The notes: a model not told the origin generated them from the letters alone. A stretch of DNA of 64,000 nucleotides from an uncultured Methanomicrobiaceae archaeon (GCA_963826525.1 CAWGXH010000005.1:160001-224000); one strand, 5' to 3'; numbered from the stretch's first letter, positions 46,228 through 58,536 are shown. Translations and numbers: made by a program.

Positions 46228-46857
46228 TTACTGGAGCATCTCGAGGAGTTGCTTGAGTTCCTCGACGTGGTACTGCCCCTTCGCCGTCGGGGTTCCGGCG
46301 TGGCAGTAGGCTAACTCCGAACCGAAGAGCGGGAGGAGGGCACGGGTATAGCGGTACTCGTCCCCCACGATGCTGACGCAGATCGGTTTTTGCGCTTCAG
46401 CAGTGAATGCAAGGAGCGCGAGCACGTCGGCTTGCGATTTTGGGCTGACGGCGATCTTCGGGATATCGCCGAACGACCGCAGGTCGCTCACGAGTGCGTC
46501 GAGATCGGATCTCCCCGGCATCTCCGGGCGGTGATGCGAAGCGATGATCTGCACGCCGTGTGTTTTTATGTCAGGCGCATGCTCCCGGTATCTCATCTCC
46601 ACGTCGACGATATCGACATGCCTGATGAGCGGCCCCACAATCTCGAACCACGCATCCGCGTTCCCGGTGAACCGCCCCCCTTCCTCTCTGCTTCGAAGCG
46701 TCGCGATTATTGGAATGATGGTTCGCGCCCGTATCAGTTCGACGGTATCCGCAAGGTCGCCTTCAATCAGGTCCAGGCGGAGCTCGATGAAGTTCACACC
46801 TGCTGAAACGGCCAGGTCAAGCGTATCGGGATCGTGAATGGAGGCGACGAGCTTCAT
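46228..46857 (-). CDS. aroD: 3-dehydroquinate dehydratase type I
   Basis: IELRLD, IATLRSREEGG, VDVE, IIASHH, DIPKIAV, TAKGQ. Confidence 0.9.
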   Translation of the reverse strand: MKLVASIHDPDTLDLAVSAGVNFIELRLDLIEGDLADTVELIRARTIIPIIATLRSREEGGRFTGNADAWFEIVGPLIRHVDIVDVEMRYREHAPDIKTHGVQIIASHHRPEMPGRSDLDALVSDLRSFGDIPKIAVSPKSQADVLALLAFTAEAQKPICVSIVGDEYRYTRALLPLFGSELAYCHAGTPTAKGQYHVEELKQLLEMLQ

Positions 46858-46900
46858 ATCTCTCGGGTGGTATTCAGTCGGTATTCGGTATTAAGTCTGT

Positions 46901-47736
46901 TCATTCTCCGGGAGCGCTCTTTCGATCGGCCGCAAGGGCGTCGTTTCGTGCACGTGCCCGCTCGAACATGCGGTCGAAGGCTGCCGGGAGGTCTTCCCGT
47001 AGCGACGATACCCCCACCTCGGTGATGCCGCCCGGCGTCGCCACCCGTTCTATCAGGCAGGCGGCGCTCATATCCGTCTTCTGCAGGAGCGCGGCAGTTC
47101 CGATGAATGTCTCCCGGGCGAGGCTTGCGGCCTCCTCGGCAGAGAGGCTGCTCTGCCGACGGGCTGCAGCGGCGAGTTCCTCCAGGATCGCTGCGATCAG
47201 CGCAGGTCCGCAGCCGGAGACGACGGTGGCGGCGGGGAGATCCTCCTCGCTGACCTCGATCGCCCTGCCGAGCGCGGAGAGGAGGTGTTCCACCCGGTGT
47301 GCCGCATCTCCGGATACCTTCCGCCCGTGACAGACGAGCGTGATCCCGCGGCCGGCCTCGGAGGTTATGCTCGGCATAGCACGCGAAAGCGGGCCGGCAT
47401 CCGCCTCTCCAGGCGCTCAAGAGGTATTCCCGCCGCGATCGAGACGATATGTTCGTTCCCGGAGAGCGCCGGGAGGATCTCGCCGAGCACCCCGTCGATA
47501 TCCGGCGGCCTGACGCAGAGGAAGATAAGGCTGCAGAGGCGTGCGAGGCCTGGATTGTCGGGGGGAACCGTGATATCCGGCCAGCGTTCCCGGAGCGGGT
47601 CGGTTCCTCTCCGCGACCGGGAGGCGATGGCGAGTTCGCCGGGCAGAAGCGCGCCTGAGGAGAGGAAGCCTTCCGCCAGCATGCTCCCCATATGCCCTGC
47701 GCCGATGATACCGACCTGCGGCCGCCTGTTAAGCAT
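46901..47736 (-). CDS. proC: Pyrroline-5-carboxylate reductase (frameshift ~47378)
   Basis: IIGAGHMG, LCVRP, VSIAAGI, SGCGPA, VATPGGIT. Confidence 0.88.
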
Positions 47737-47844
47737 ACGTAAAAGGTGGAGTCTCTCTCCTCATAAGCCCTGCTCTCCTCTCCGGTCGGGCATACGCATA
47801 TAGTGCCGCCCCTCACACGTACCTGCATACTTTCCGGAGAAACT

Positions 47845-50404
47845 ATGAGCACGGAAATCTCGCAAAGACAGTCACGACGGATCGGATCGCTGCCGGACCT
47901 CCTCGCCCCCGCAGGCTCTTTCGACGCGCTCGTCGCGGCGGTAGCGGCCGGAGCGGATGCCGTCTACCTGAGCGGAACCCGGTTCGGTGCCAGACGGTAC
48001 GCGGCGAACTTCACCGACGAGGATCTGGTCCGCGCGATCGAGTACGCCCACCTCCGGGGCGTTTCTGTCTACGTCACGGTCAACATACTGATACGGGATG
48101 CCGAACTCGCCGATCTGGCCACTTACCTCGTCCGGCTCTATGAGATGGGTGCCGATGCCGTGCTGGTGCAGGATGCCGGCGTGGCGGGGCTTGCCCGGGA
48201 GCTCGTCCCGACCTCCCACTCCACGCATCTACCCAGATGACGATCCATAACCGGGAAGGGGTGGCGTTTGCCGCCGGAGAGGGTTTTTCCCGCGTGGTGC
48301 TCGCACGCGAGATGCCCCTCGCCGAGATCGAGGGGACCGGCAAGGAGGCGGAGAGATACGGGATCGGGCTTGAGGTCTTCATCCACGGTGCTCTCTGCTA
48401 CTGCTACTCCGGCCAGTGCCTCCTCTCGTCGGTCATCGGAGGACGGAGCGGAAACCGGGGGATGTGCGCCCAGCCGTGCCGAAGGCAGTATGACCTCCTC
48501 GTCGGCCGAAAGGACGAGTACGGGAGACCGGTAGATCTCCGTCCGGTTCCTCTCGATGAATCGTACCTCCTCTCGACCCGGGACCTTGCGGTCTACCCGC
48601 ACCTCGACAGGATCGTGGCCTCTCGCGTCGCATCCCTCAAGATAGAGGGGCGTATGCGGTCGCCGGAGTACGTCGCGACGGTGGTGAACATCTACCGTCG
48701 CGCGCTCGACGCCATCAGCGCCGGGACCTGGTCGCCTTCTCCGGAGGATATGCAGGATCTGGCGCTCGCCTTCTCCCGGGGTTTTACCGCAGGATACATC
48801 CTCGGCGACGAGTCGATCATGGGCCGGGACCTTCCCGGAAACCGGGGTCTTCTCATCGGCACGGTGACCGGGTACGACCCCGGGAGACGGGAGGCGACGG
48901 TGCTCCGTGCCGGAGACCTCATCCTGGCGCCGGGCGACGGGCTCGTCTTCTGCCGGGACCGGCCCGGCGGCGAGGAGGGACTGGTGCTCCGGTCACCTCC
49001 GGTCGTTCGGGGTGACCGGATACTCCTTCCGGCCTCCGGTGCCGGTCGGCCGGGGAACCCGGGTCTTCCTGACGAAGCGGGCGGCACTCGAAGAGCGTGC
49101 CCGGAGCATCATCGCCCGCGAACTCCCGGCGCTTCCGCTCGATATGCGGGTATCCTGGGAGGAGCGCGTCCCCGTCTTCGAGGGGGCGGTCGTTGCCCCG
49201 GACGGGCGGGAGATCCGGTTCTGCATGCGCTCCGACGCTCCGATGGAGCCGGCACGGAGCCGCCCGCTCACCGAGGATCAGATAGCGACCCAGCTGACGA
49301 AGACAGGTGGAACGGTGTTCACGGTCCGGAACCTTCAGCTTGACTACCCGGGTGGGCTCTTCGCACCCATCGGTGAGCTGAATAGAATGCGAAGGTCGTT
49401 TCTCGACCGCGCCGCTTCGGCGCTCGCCGCCGCGTACAGGCCTGACGATGCAGCGGTCGGAGCGGCCGAGGAGCGGCTCGAATCGCTCCTCCCCGCACTG
49501 ACCGCAGATCCTGCGCCGCCGGGAGAGCCGCGGCACCCCGCCGTCGCCGTCTATGCCGCGACGCTCGACGAAGTGCGGGGCGGGGCGGCAGGCGGTGCCG
49601 CTACCGTCTTCTTCGAGCCACAGGTCAGGATAGATGCCGGGGATCTCCTCGCCCTTCTCTCCGAAGCAGCGGCAGTCTGCCGAAGCGAAGGGGCGGAACT
49701 TGTCTGGAAGTGGCCGCCGATCACCCCCCGCGGATTTCTCGATTCGGCCGTCCCCCTCCTCCCCTCGCTTGCCGGGGCAGGAGTCGGCGGGGTTATGGTG
49801 AGTGGCACCGGGGCAGCGGCAGCAGTAGTAATGGCCGCGCCCGAGCTCCCTCTTTACGGTGCGGCGGGCATCAACATCTGGAACCACCGCGCGGTCGCCG
49901 GGATGAGCCCGCTCTTTCGGTATCTCACGCTCTCCCCGGAGCTCCCCGCCTCCGATCTTGCAGGCCTCGTCGCACGGTCGCGGCAGAACAACTCCGGCAC
50001 ACTCTTCGGGTTCATCGTTCAGGGCACCCTCGAGGCGATGGTCACCGAAGATCGCCTTCTCCTGCTTGCGGGGACAGGGACGGGGGATACCTTCTACGGC
50101 CTCCGGGATACGACCCGTCATATCTTTCCGATCAGAACCGACGGTGAAGGGAGGAGCGTACCTTTCGAACGCGGTCGAGACATCCCTGATCGATCACCTT
50201 CCCGCCCTTATCGGAGCCGGTCTTGATTCGCTCGCGATCGATGGCCGCGGCAGGGGCGAGCGGTATGCCCGTGAGATGGCTGGATTTTACCGCACGGCGA
50301 TCGAGTCGGGCGCCGTCACGCCTCGCCTGAAAGATGCGGTGAAGCAGCGTTCGTGCGGGGGGATCACCGCCGGCCACTTCCTCCGGGGCACCCCCGATGA
50401 GTGA
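47845..50404 (+). CDS. Peptidase U32 family protein, long DUF3656-type (RlhA-like; frameshifted)
   Basis: LLAPAGS, GADAVY, HASTQMTIHN, LEVFIHGALCYCYSGQC, SGNRGMCAQPCR, LKIEGRMRSPEYV; C-terminal region QLTKTGGTVF...ELNRMRR. Confidence 0.88.
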
Positions 50405-50440
50405 CACCCTTCTCCCGAGGGCTATCGTTTATTAAAATGA

Positions 50441-51136
<696 letters not shown>

Positions 51137-51691
51137 TCAGACGATCAGCGAGATCAGGTCGTGCTTGGTGATCACACCCTGCACCTTTCCTTTATCGGCC
51201 ACGATCACCGCATGGTTCTGCTGCAGGATATGGACGACCGTCTCTATCGGCATGGATGGCGGGACGGTCGGAAAACCGGGTTCCATGAAGTCCCTGACGC
51301 TGTGGATCTGCGTCTTCTGGAGGCCGCCTTCTTCCATCGCGTTGATGATGGCCGACTCCGAGATGCACCCCACCGGCACGCCGTCCTCGATCACCGGGAG
51401 CTGGGAGATCCCGTTCTTCCCCATGATCTCTACGGCCCGGCTGATCGGTTCGGACGGAGAGACGCTATGAACCGGGGTGTGCATGAGATCCGCGGCCGTG
51501 ATGGCGGAGTTCTCTGCGGCCTTGAGGACGTTGACGATCTTGGTGAGCGTGCTGGCCCTCGGATCGACGCTGCCTGCCTCGATGCGGGCGACCATCGACT
51601 GGCTGATTCCCGCCATACGGGCTACGTCAGCCTGTTTCAGTCCAAGATGCGTCCGTTTTTCCCGAAGTTCCGCTGGCGTCGGTATGTCCAT
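51137..51691 (-). CDS. XRE-HTH plus CBS-pair transcriptional regulator
   Basis: GISQSMVARIEAGSVDPRASTL HTH followed by two CBS domains. Confidence 0.88.
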   Translation of the reverse strand: MDIPTPAELREKRTHLGLKQADVARMAGISQSMVARIEAGSVDPRASTLTKIVNVLKAAENSAITAADLMHTPVHSVSPSEPISRAVEIMGKNGISQLPVIEDGVPVGCISESAIINAMEEGGLQKTQIHSVRDFMEPGFPTVPPSMPIETVVHILQQNHAVIVADKGKVQGVITKHDLISLIV

Positions 51692-51845
51692 GATATTAGC
51701 AATGGTAATTTGAATATCTAAAGGTTATGCATCATTATGCATGCGATGCGAGAATATGCTCTTTTCGATCGCCCCGGTCTACGGCTCGATGCAGGTAGAT
51801 TTTCAGCCTCGGAAGATTTATACGAGCATGGGCATAGGAGAAGGT

Positions 51846-52109
51846 ATGGCCGTCGATAAAGAAGACCAGCAGCGGACCCTCCAGAAAGTGCACGATATCT
51901 TCTCTGCCTACGGAACGGTCGATGCCGTCAGGAACGAGCTCAAGTCCGAAGGATTCGTCGTCAAGGCCGAGCACGGCGAAGTCGTCTCGATGGAGAATGC
52001 AGACGCGGAGATATTCGTGCTGATCCGGATGGGCGAGGACGGTCAGGTCGTCGGCGATCACGTGACGACCTTCGACGAGATCGAGCTCAAGCCGGCGAGG
52101 AAGGCGTGA
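51846..52109 (+). CDS. Hypothetical protein
   Basis: 87-aa ORF with an SD-like GGAGAAGG and host-like codon usage. Confidence 0.6.
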   Translation: MAVDKEDQQRTLQKVHDIFSAYGTVDAVRNELKSEGFVVKAEHGEVVSMENADAEIFVLIRMGEDGQVVGDHVTTFDEIELKPARKA

Positions 52110-52223
52110 CGAAGACCGGATAGCACTTCACCTGCAGATACCGTGAGCGGTGATATCGCACAAGCCGAAAGACCGATATTCACGGTTGGAAGTCGAAACT
52201 ACGAGAATAGACGTTCGATAATA

Positions 52224-52550
52224 GGAGTGGGAGGAGTAAGCCTCCTTCTGTTCGTGGCGGCATTCGAGCTAAGCGCCATACCCGGGCGGATACCAGGCGA
52301 TCCATATGCCCTGTTTTGGCTTGCACCCGCAGGGATTCACCGTTTCATCGTATCCCATCGCTACGTTCAACGAGTTAGGTATCGCCCCGAAGGGCTCGAT
52401 CGTTTCATTACTGACGATGGGCCGTGTCGTTTCTGTGCCATTGCCGTGACTCTCGCCACCCGCACTTGCATGCGGCTGCGTTCCCGGTCGGTGGGAGGAC
52501 TTTCCTCAGCAGCACATTCGTGCCACCGTCGGCCGCCCTCTCCCTCTCCC
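52224..52550 (-). ncRNA. rnpB: RNase P RNA (archaeal type A)
   Basis: Reverse complement contains GAGGAAAGUCCUCC (CR-I/P4), ACAGAAACG (CR-II), UGAAACGG (CR-III), GGUGCAAGCC and 3' AACAGAAGGAGGCUUA (CR-V); termini GGAGAGGGAGAG / CUCCUCCCACUCC can form P1. Confidence 0.93.
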
Positions 52551-52659
52551 CCATTCTATTGGTGCGCCAGCTACATATTGGTGACGGTACCGGGAGAGTT
52601 ACTTTTGGGTAACACAATCATTAAATATCAGTATTAAAATCTTACGTTTTGATTCTACC

Positions 52660-53194
52660 ATGGCTCTCCGAGGCACATCCGACGCCAGCACCCAGCTGGA
52701 ACTTGCCCTGGTCTTCGGGGCGTTCATCGCCGTGACCTCCCTCTTTTCGTGTCTTGCCCTCAGTGCAAGCACGGCCCCGATTGCAGGCGGCAGCGATGCA
52801 TCTTATCCGTCATCTCCGGTCGGCGATCCGTGCCTCACAGTCGTCGGAGACGTCGCCGGTATCAGGGTATGCCCGGATACCCCGTCTCCCCTGTTCGACA
52901 CCCTCAGACTGACGGTCGCCCCGGTAGAGGCCAGGGCGGTCTCTCGATCTCGAGCAGATGACCGTGACCGTCATGGCAGCGGATCGGATTGCCATCCTCT
53001 CCTACGCCGATACGGAGATCCCCGGGCGAGGTGAGTGGACGAGTGACAGCACCCGCGCCGCCGGCGAGGCGTTCGATATGCTGATCGGCCTGCCGGAACC
53101 CCTGGCACGGGATGGGGATGTCAGCATCGTCCTTCGCCCGGAGGGTGCCGGCCCGACGATCATCCGGCACGCCACCCCCATCTCCCCGGTCTAG
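52660..53194 (+). CDS. Divergent archaellin-like protein (frameshift ~52935)
   Basis: N-terminus DASTQLELALVFGAFIAVTSLFS resembles the class III signal/N-helix (xxFTGLEAAIVLIAFVVVAAVFS); C-terminus SIVLRPEGAGPTIIRHATP resembles archaellin ends. Confidence 0.5.
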
Positions 53195-53261
53195 ATCTCC
53201 GGCACTCTTCCGCTACCGCCCGCAAAAGACTAAAATATTCAACGGTATACGACCCACTCTG

Positions 53262-53828
53262 ATGAATATGCTGACCCCGGAAGAAGGAACACTCGCACTG
53301 CAGGTTGCCCGGAAGGCCATCGAGCACGCGGTCAACAAAGAGCGGTATACGGCCCCGGCGCTCCCTCCGATCTTTGGTGAGAAACGGGGCGTATTTGTGA
53401 CCCTTAAACGGCAGGGCTCGCTACGCGGCTGTATAGGGTTGCCCTACCCGGTTCGCCCGCTCGGAGAGGCCCTGGTCGAGGCCGCGGTCTCCGCAGCGCT
53501 TCAGGACCCGCGCTTCCCGCCGATATCAGGGCGGGAACTCCCCGATCTCGACCTCGAAGTGACCGTGCTCACGCTGCCCGAACCGCTCACCTGCCCGCCG
53601 GCGGATCGGCCGGAGAAAGTCGTCATCGGGAAGCATGGCCTGATCGTCAGCGGCATGGGCACGAGCGGCCTTCTGCTCCCCCAGGTGCCGGTCGAATACA
53701 ACTGGGAGAGCAGAGAGTTCCTCGATCACACCTGCCAGAAAGCGGGGCTGAGCCCCGGCTGCTGGAAGCGGGGTGATGTCAACGTACTTACCTTCGAGGG
53801 GCAGATATTTGAGGAGCAGGCGGTTTAA
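53262..53828 (+). CDS. AMMECR1-domain protein
   Basis: RGVFVTL...LRGCIG, DPRFPP, EVTVLT, GKHGL, GLLLPQV, CQKAGL. Confidence 0.92.
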   Translation: MNMLTPEEGTLALQVARKAIEHAVNKERYTAPALPPIFGEKRGVFVTLKRQGSLRGCIGLPYPVRPLGEALVEAAVSAALQDPRFPPISGRELPDLDLEVTVLTLPEPLTCPPADRPEKVVIGKHGLIVSGMGTSGLLLPQVPVEYNWESREFLDHTCQKAGLSPGCWKRGDVNVLTFEGQIFEEQAV

Positions 53829-53833
53829 CTCGA

Positions 53834-55287
53834 ATGGCAATCAGACTTTGAAATCATCCATAAAGATATTGCAGGACGCATCGGCAAGCTCAAAGTCGGG
53901 GAAAAGACGATCCGGACGCCGGCGCTCCTGCCCGTCGTCAACCCCCACCTCCCGCTCGTGACGCCCCGCGAGATGCAGGAGATGGGCGTCGAGGCGCTGA
54001 TCACGAACGCCTACATCTTCAACCGGAGCACCCAGTTCCGGGAACGGGCGCTCGCCGAAGGCCTCCACGCCGTGCTCGACTTCGACGGCGTGATCATGAC
54101 CGACTCAGGCTCGTTCCAGCTCTCGGTCTACGGCGAGGTCGAGGTCACGAACCGGGATACCCTTGAGTTCCAGCAGGCGATCGGCAGCGATATCATCGTC
54201 CCCCTCGATATACCGACGCCGCCCGGCACCGACCGCGAGACCGCACAGGCGGAACTTGCGATCACGATGGAGCGGATCCGCGAAGGGCAGGCGCTCTTCC
54301 CGGAGGCGCACCTCGCAGGGCCCGTGCAGGGCGGCATCTACACCGACCTTCGCGAGGAGGCGGGAGCGGCGGTGCAGGAGCTCGGGTTCACCTTCTGCCC
54401 GATAGGCGCGGTCGTCCCGCTGATGGAGAGCTACCGCTACAAGGAACTCGTGCAGGTCGTCCTCGCCGCAAAACGCGGCCTCTCCCCGGCGACCTGTATC
54501 CACCTCTTCGGTGCCGGCCATCCCTCGATGTTCGCACTCGCCGTCGCGATGGGATGCGATCTCTTCGACTCGGCCGCATACGCACTCTTCGCCCGTGAAG
54601 GCCGGTATATCACGACGCACGGGAGCCTGAAGATAGACGAACTCGCGGAACTCCCCTGTGCATGCCGGGTCTGCCGGACGCACACCGCCGAGGAGCTCAA
54701 GAAGTCCCCCGACCGCGAACGGCTGCTCGCCCTCCACAACCTCTACGTCACGCTCGCGGAGATCGCCCGGATACGGCAGGCAATCCAGGACGGCACGCTC
54801 TGGGAACTCGTCGACGAGCGGTGCAGGAATCACCCGCGGCTCCTCTCCGGCTACCGCGAGTTGCTCCGGCATGCCCCGGAGCTCGAAGTCCAGGACAGAG
54901 CCTCAAAGCGCCGGTTCTTCTACCGGGGCGACGGAGAGCTGCCTCCGCACGGAGGTGCTCCGCTACCACCGGATGATCCCCCGTATCACGCTCGGCGAGC
55001 GGGTGCTCATCTCCTTTGACGGCAGGGATCTGCCCGGGTTCGATACGGTGCTCGGGTTCAAGCCACCCTTCGGCCCGTACCCGCCGGAGCTCGGCGAGAC
55101 CTTCCCGGTCGGCCAGAGCGAGATACCGGAGTACGACGACGCGATGGTGCGGAGCGGGTGCGCCGGAATTCGGAGCCTGATGGCTGCCCACCCGGAGAGC
55201 CGGTTCACCGTCCGGTGCGGTGCAGCCTGGGCGGCGATGGTCCGCGAGGAAGTGCCCGGTGCGGAGGTGTACGATGAGCAGGTATGA
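53834..55287 (+). CDS. tgtA: Archaeosine tRNA-guanine(15) transglycosylase (frameshifted)
   Basis: DIAGRIGKL...[46 protein letters not shown]. Confidence 0.93.
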
Positions 55288-56910
55288 GGCAAAGAAGCGG
55301 GACGGCCTTGCGACGGATCGGCCTCTTCGAAGACGGCGACCGGAGTCTCTCCCTCCCGGCGGCGGTGGAGACCGAAGCCCTCTTCCCCGACCTCGCCGCC
55401 CGGGCGTTCTCGAACGTGCCCCTCGCCGCCGATCCTTCGTTCGTCCGCCGCTACCTCGCGGTGGGCGGCGGCCAGCCGGTCACCATTCACCCGGCCGCAG
55501 AGAACACCGCATCGTCCGGCGACTGCGTGATGGCCGCGAACTGGCACACGGCGCCTGGCAATCCCCGGAACTATGTCGAGTGGCTTATCGCCCTCAAAGA
55601 GCAGGTCGTTCCCGATACCGCATGGTATGCACCGGCCGCGGCGCTGCCGTCGACGGCCGCTCTCCTCATCTACTCGGGGTTCGATCTCTTCGACTTCCGG
55701 GGAGTCAATCTCGCGACCGCCCGGGGCGTCTTCTGCACCCCCGAAGGGGAGTTCCCGGCGGCGGCGATGGACGACGGGCTCTGCGGCTGCGTCGGGTGCC
55801 GGGAAGGCGACCTCAAACAGCATAACCGCCTCGCGCTCGAGCGGGAGATCGCCCTTGTCAGGCGGTTCGTCGAGGCAGGGCAGCTCCGCGAACTGATGGA
55901 GGCGCGCTGCCGGATGGACGCAAGCCAGGTCGGCATTCTCCGGTTCCTCGACCGGAAGTACGCCTTCATGGAGCGCCGCCTTCCCATCGCACGGGATGTC
56001 ACGATGCGGGCGAACTCCGCCGAGTCCCAGAACCGTCCGGAGGTGCGGCGGTACGCCGAGCGTGTCATCGAACGGTTCATCCCCACGCGTACCGACGTCG
56101 CGGTGCTCCTCCCCTGCTCTGCGAGGAAGCCCTACTGCCTCTCCCAGAGCCACAAGAAGTTCATCGCTGCGGTGGCGAACCGCGGCCACGAGTTGATCGT
56201 CACCTCGCCCCTCGGGCTCGTGCCGCGGGAGCTTGAACGGGTCTACCCTGCCGCCCACTACGACGTGCCGGTGACCGGCTACTGGGACCGGGAGGAGTGC
56301 GCGTTCATCGCCGATATCCTCGCCCGCTACCTCGCAAAGCACGCCTACCGGCGGGTTATCGCCCATCTCGAGGGCGGAGCGCTCACGGTGGCGGAGATGG
56401 CTGCGGAGACGCTCGGGATCGACCTCGAAGTGACCTGCAACGACCGCCCGACGAGCGGGACATCGCTCCGGGCGCTCGATGCGGCGCTCCAGGGCGAGCG
56501 GCGGATACTGCCCGATATGGTGCGGGGAACGATCTCGTGGCAGTTCGGGACCGATATCGATATGAGAGGGCTCCGCGTCCGGAGTAAAGGGCCGCAGGTC
56601 TCGGTGCTCAAAGGCAAGCAGCAGTTCTTCAGCCTCGACCCCGGGACGGGACTCTTCCGGCCGACCTTCGAAGGGTGGCAGCTGATCCCGGAGGGCTACC
56701 GGGTGACGATCGACAACTTCGTGCCGCAGGGGGACGTCCTCGCCCCCGGCGTGACGGATGCCGACCCGGCCATCCGGGAGGGCGACGAGGTGCTGATCGT
56801 CGGCGAGTCCGCTCTTGCCACGGGGAGAGCGATGATGAGCGCCGAGGAGATGCTGCGGTCAAAGCGCGGTGTCGCCGTCAAGGCGCGGAAGGTGCGCGAA
56901 GCTCGAGTGA
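55274..56910 (+). CDS. arcS: Archaeosine synthase subunit alpha (frameshifts at ends)
   Basis: LLPCSARKPY..SQSH, TSPLGLVPRELE, YDVPVTGYW, C-terminal PUA domain; follows tgtA. Confidence 0.9.
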
Positions 56911-56962
56911 GGCCGGCGGCCGGAGTGCCCGCACTTTCGCCCCCTTTTGAAGGAAAGAAAAA

Positions 56963-57289
56963 TTATTTTTTGGGAGTCAGCTTCACCGCTGTCCCGTAGG
57001 CGAGCATCTCCGCCGCGCCCGGCATCGTCTCGGAGGTGGTGAACCGGATAGCGACCACCGCATCCGCTCCCATGCCTTTTGCGGTGTTTATCATGCGGTT
57101 GATCGCCTCGAGCCTTGACTCGCTGAGCATCTCGGTGTATGCCTCGAGTTCGCCGCCGACGATGCTCTTGAGCCCCGACATGATGTCTTTTCCGATATGT
57201 TTCGACCGGACGGTGTTGCCGTAGACGATGCCGATGACGGATGTGTCGTAGCCCGGTATGAATTCTGTCGTTGATAGAAGCACTCTCAT
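56963..57289 (-). CDS. YbjQ/UPF0145 family protein
   Basis: GKDIMSGLKSIVGGELEAYTEML...GADAVVAIRF...LAYGTAVK. Confidence 0.92.
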   Translation of the reverse strand: MRVLLSTTEFIPGYDTSVIGIVYGNTVRSKHIGKDIMSGLKSIVGGELEAYTEMLSESRLEAINRMINTAKGMGADAVVAIRFTTSETMPGAAEMLAYGTAVKLTPKK

Positions 57290-57457
57290 TCACTCCTGTA
57301 TCTGCTCGATCTGCTCCTCCCGTGAGCGGAATACGACGAGCGCGATTCCGATCAGGATGAGGGGGACGGCGTAGAAGAGGAGAAAGGGAAAAGCAAAGGG
57401 CGCCAGAACGGCTCCGAGGACGATCAGTGCGGCTCCCCACTTCACCTGACTCTTCAT
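57290..57457 (-). CDS. Small two-TM membrane protein (55 aa)
   Basis: Manual translation MKSQVKWGAALIVLGAVLAPFAFPFLLFYAVPLILIGIALVVFRSREEQIEQIQE*; its stop abuts the ybjQ ATG. Confidence 0.7.
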   Translation of the reverse strand: MKSQVKWGAALIVLGAVLAPFAFPFLLFYAVPLILIGIALVVFRSREEQIEQIQE

Positions 57458-57684
57458 GCTTTTACTATCATGCTACGGATGAATAATGGCTTTTCCATAC
57501 GATGTGGCGCGGGCCGTACCAGGTCACAGCCATTCCCGGGGTTCTGTTCCGGGTCGGGGCCGTTCTCCATCTTCGGAAGGCTCGGCGAAGGCCGTATGCC
57601 GGGGATGCTTCGACAGATGCAGTAAAGAGACAGAAAGCACAATAGATACCCACGATTCACAAGGCACTAACAGGAGTGACGCGG

Positions 57685-58536
57685 TTGTATAAAGTGAATA
57701 TGGCGACCGAGATCGCCGAAAGGATCTATGAGTTCTGGATACGTGCCCCCCAGGTGGCGCGCAATGCACGTGCAGGGCAGTTTCTGATCCTGCGCATCGA
57801 CGAACAGGGCGAACGCATACCCCTCACCATCTCCGCCGTGAACGGCGACGCCGTGCGGGTGGTCTTCATGGCAGTCGGGAAGACGACCCAGCACCTGGCA
57901 ACCCTCAAAGCAGGGGATGCTCTCGCGGACGTCGTGGGACCGCTTGGGAAACCGAGTGAGATCGAGAATTTCGGCACCTGCTGCCTCGTCGGCGGGGGTG
58001 CCGGGATCGCCTGCCTGCCGATCATCGCACGCGAACTGAAAGAGGCAGGTAACCACGTGATCGGGATTATCGGTGCACGGAACGCGGGCCTCCTCATCCT
58101 CGAAGACGAGATGCGGGAGATCTGCGACGAGCTCTTCATCACCACCGACGACGGCAGCAAAGGGTTCCACGGATACGCTGCCGACGTCCTCAAGCGGGAG
58201 CTCGACCACCGGACGATCGACCGTGTCTGGATCATCGGGCCTGCGATCATGATGAAGGTCACCTCGGCCGCAACCGTCCCCTACGGCGTCAGGACGTTCG
58301 TCAGCCTAAATCCCATCATGGTCGACGGCACCGGGATGTGCGGGTCGTGCCGGGTGACCGTCGGGGGCGAGACCAAGTTCGCCTGCGTCGACGGCCCCGA
58401 GTTCGACGCCCACCAGGTCGATTTCGTCGAGCTGATGCAGCGGCAGCGGATCTACACGGATCAGGAGAAAGTGGCGGTGGAGCGGTTCGCCGAACATGCC
58501 TGCCGGTGCGGTGAAGGAGGCCACCACCATGGGTGA
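57685..58536 (+). CDS. nfnA: NfnA/SudB-type FAD/NAD-binding [2Fe-2S] subunit
   Basis: GQFLILR...ERIPLTI, GPLG, GGGAG, TDDGSKG, MVDGTGMCGSCRV...FACVDGPEF. Confidence 0.88.
   Translation: MYKVNMATEIAERIYEFWIRAPQVARNARAGQFLILRIDEQGERIPLTISAVNGDAVRVVFMAVGKTTQHLATLKAGDALADVVGPLGKPSEIENFGTCCLVGGGAGIACLPIIARELKEAGNHVIGIIGARNAGLLILEDEMREICDELFITTDDGSKGFHGYAADVLKRELDHRTIDRVWIIGPAIMMKVTSAATVPYGVRTFVSLNPIMVDGTGMCGSCRVTVGGETKFACVDGPEFDAHQVDFVELMQRQRIYTDQEKVAVERFAEHACRCGEGGHHHG

Noticed and set aside
52143-52637. 164-aa plus-strand ORF and overlapping small ORFs
   Set aside because: They overlap the RNase P RNA gene and have no protein-like features.
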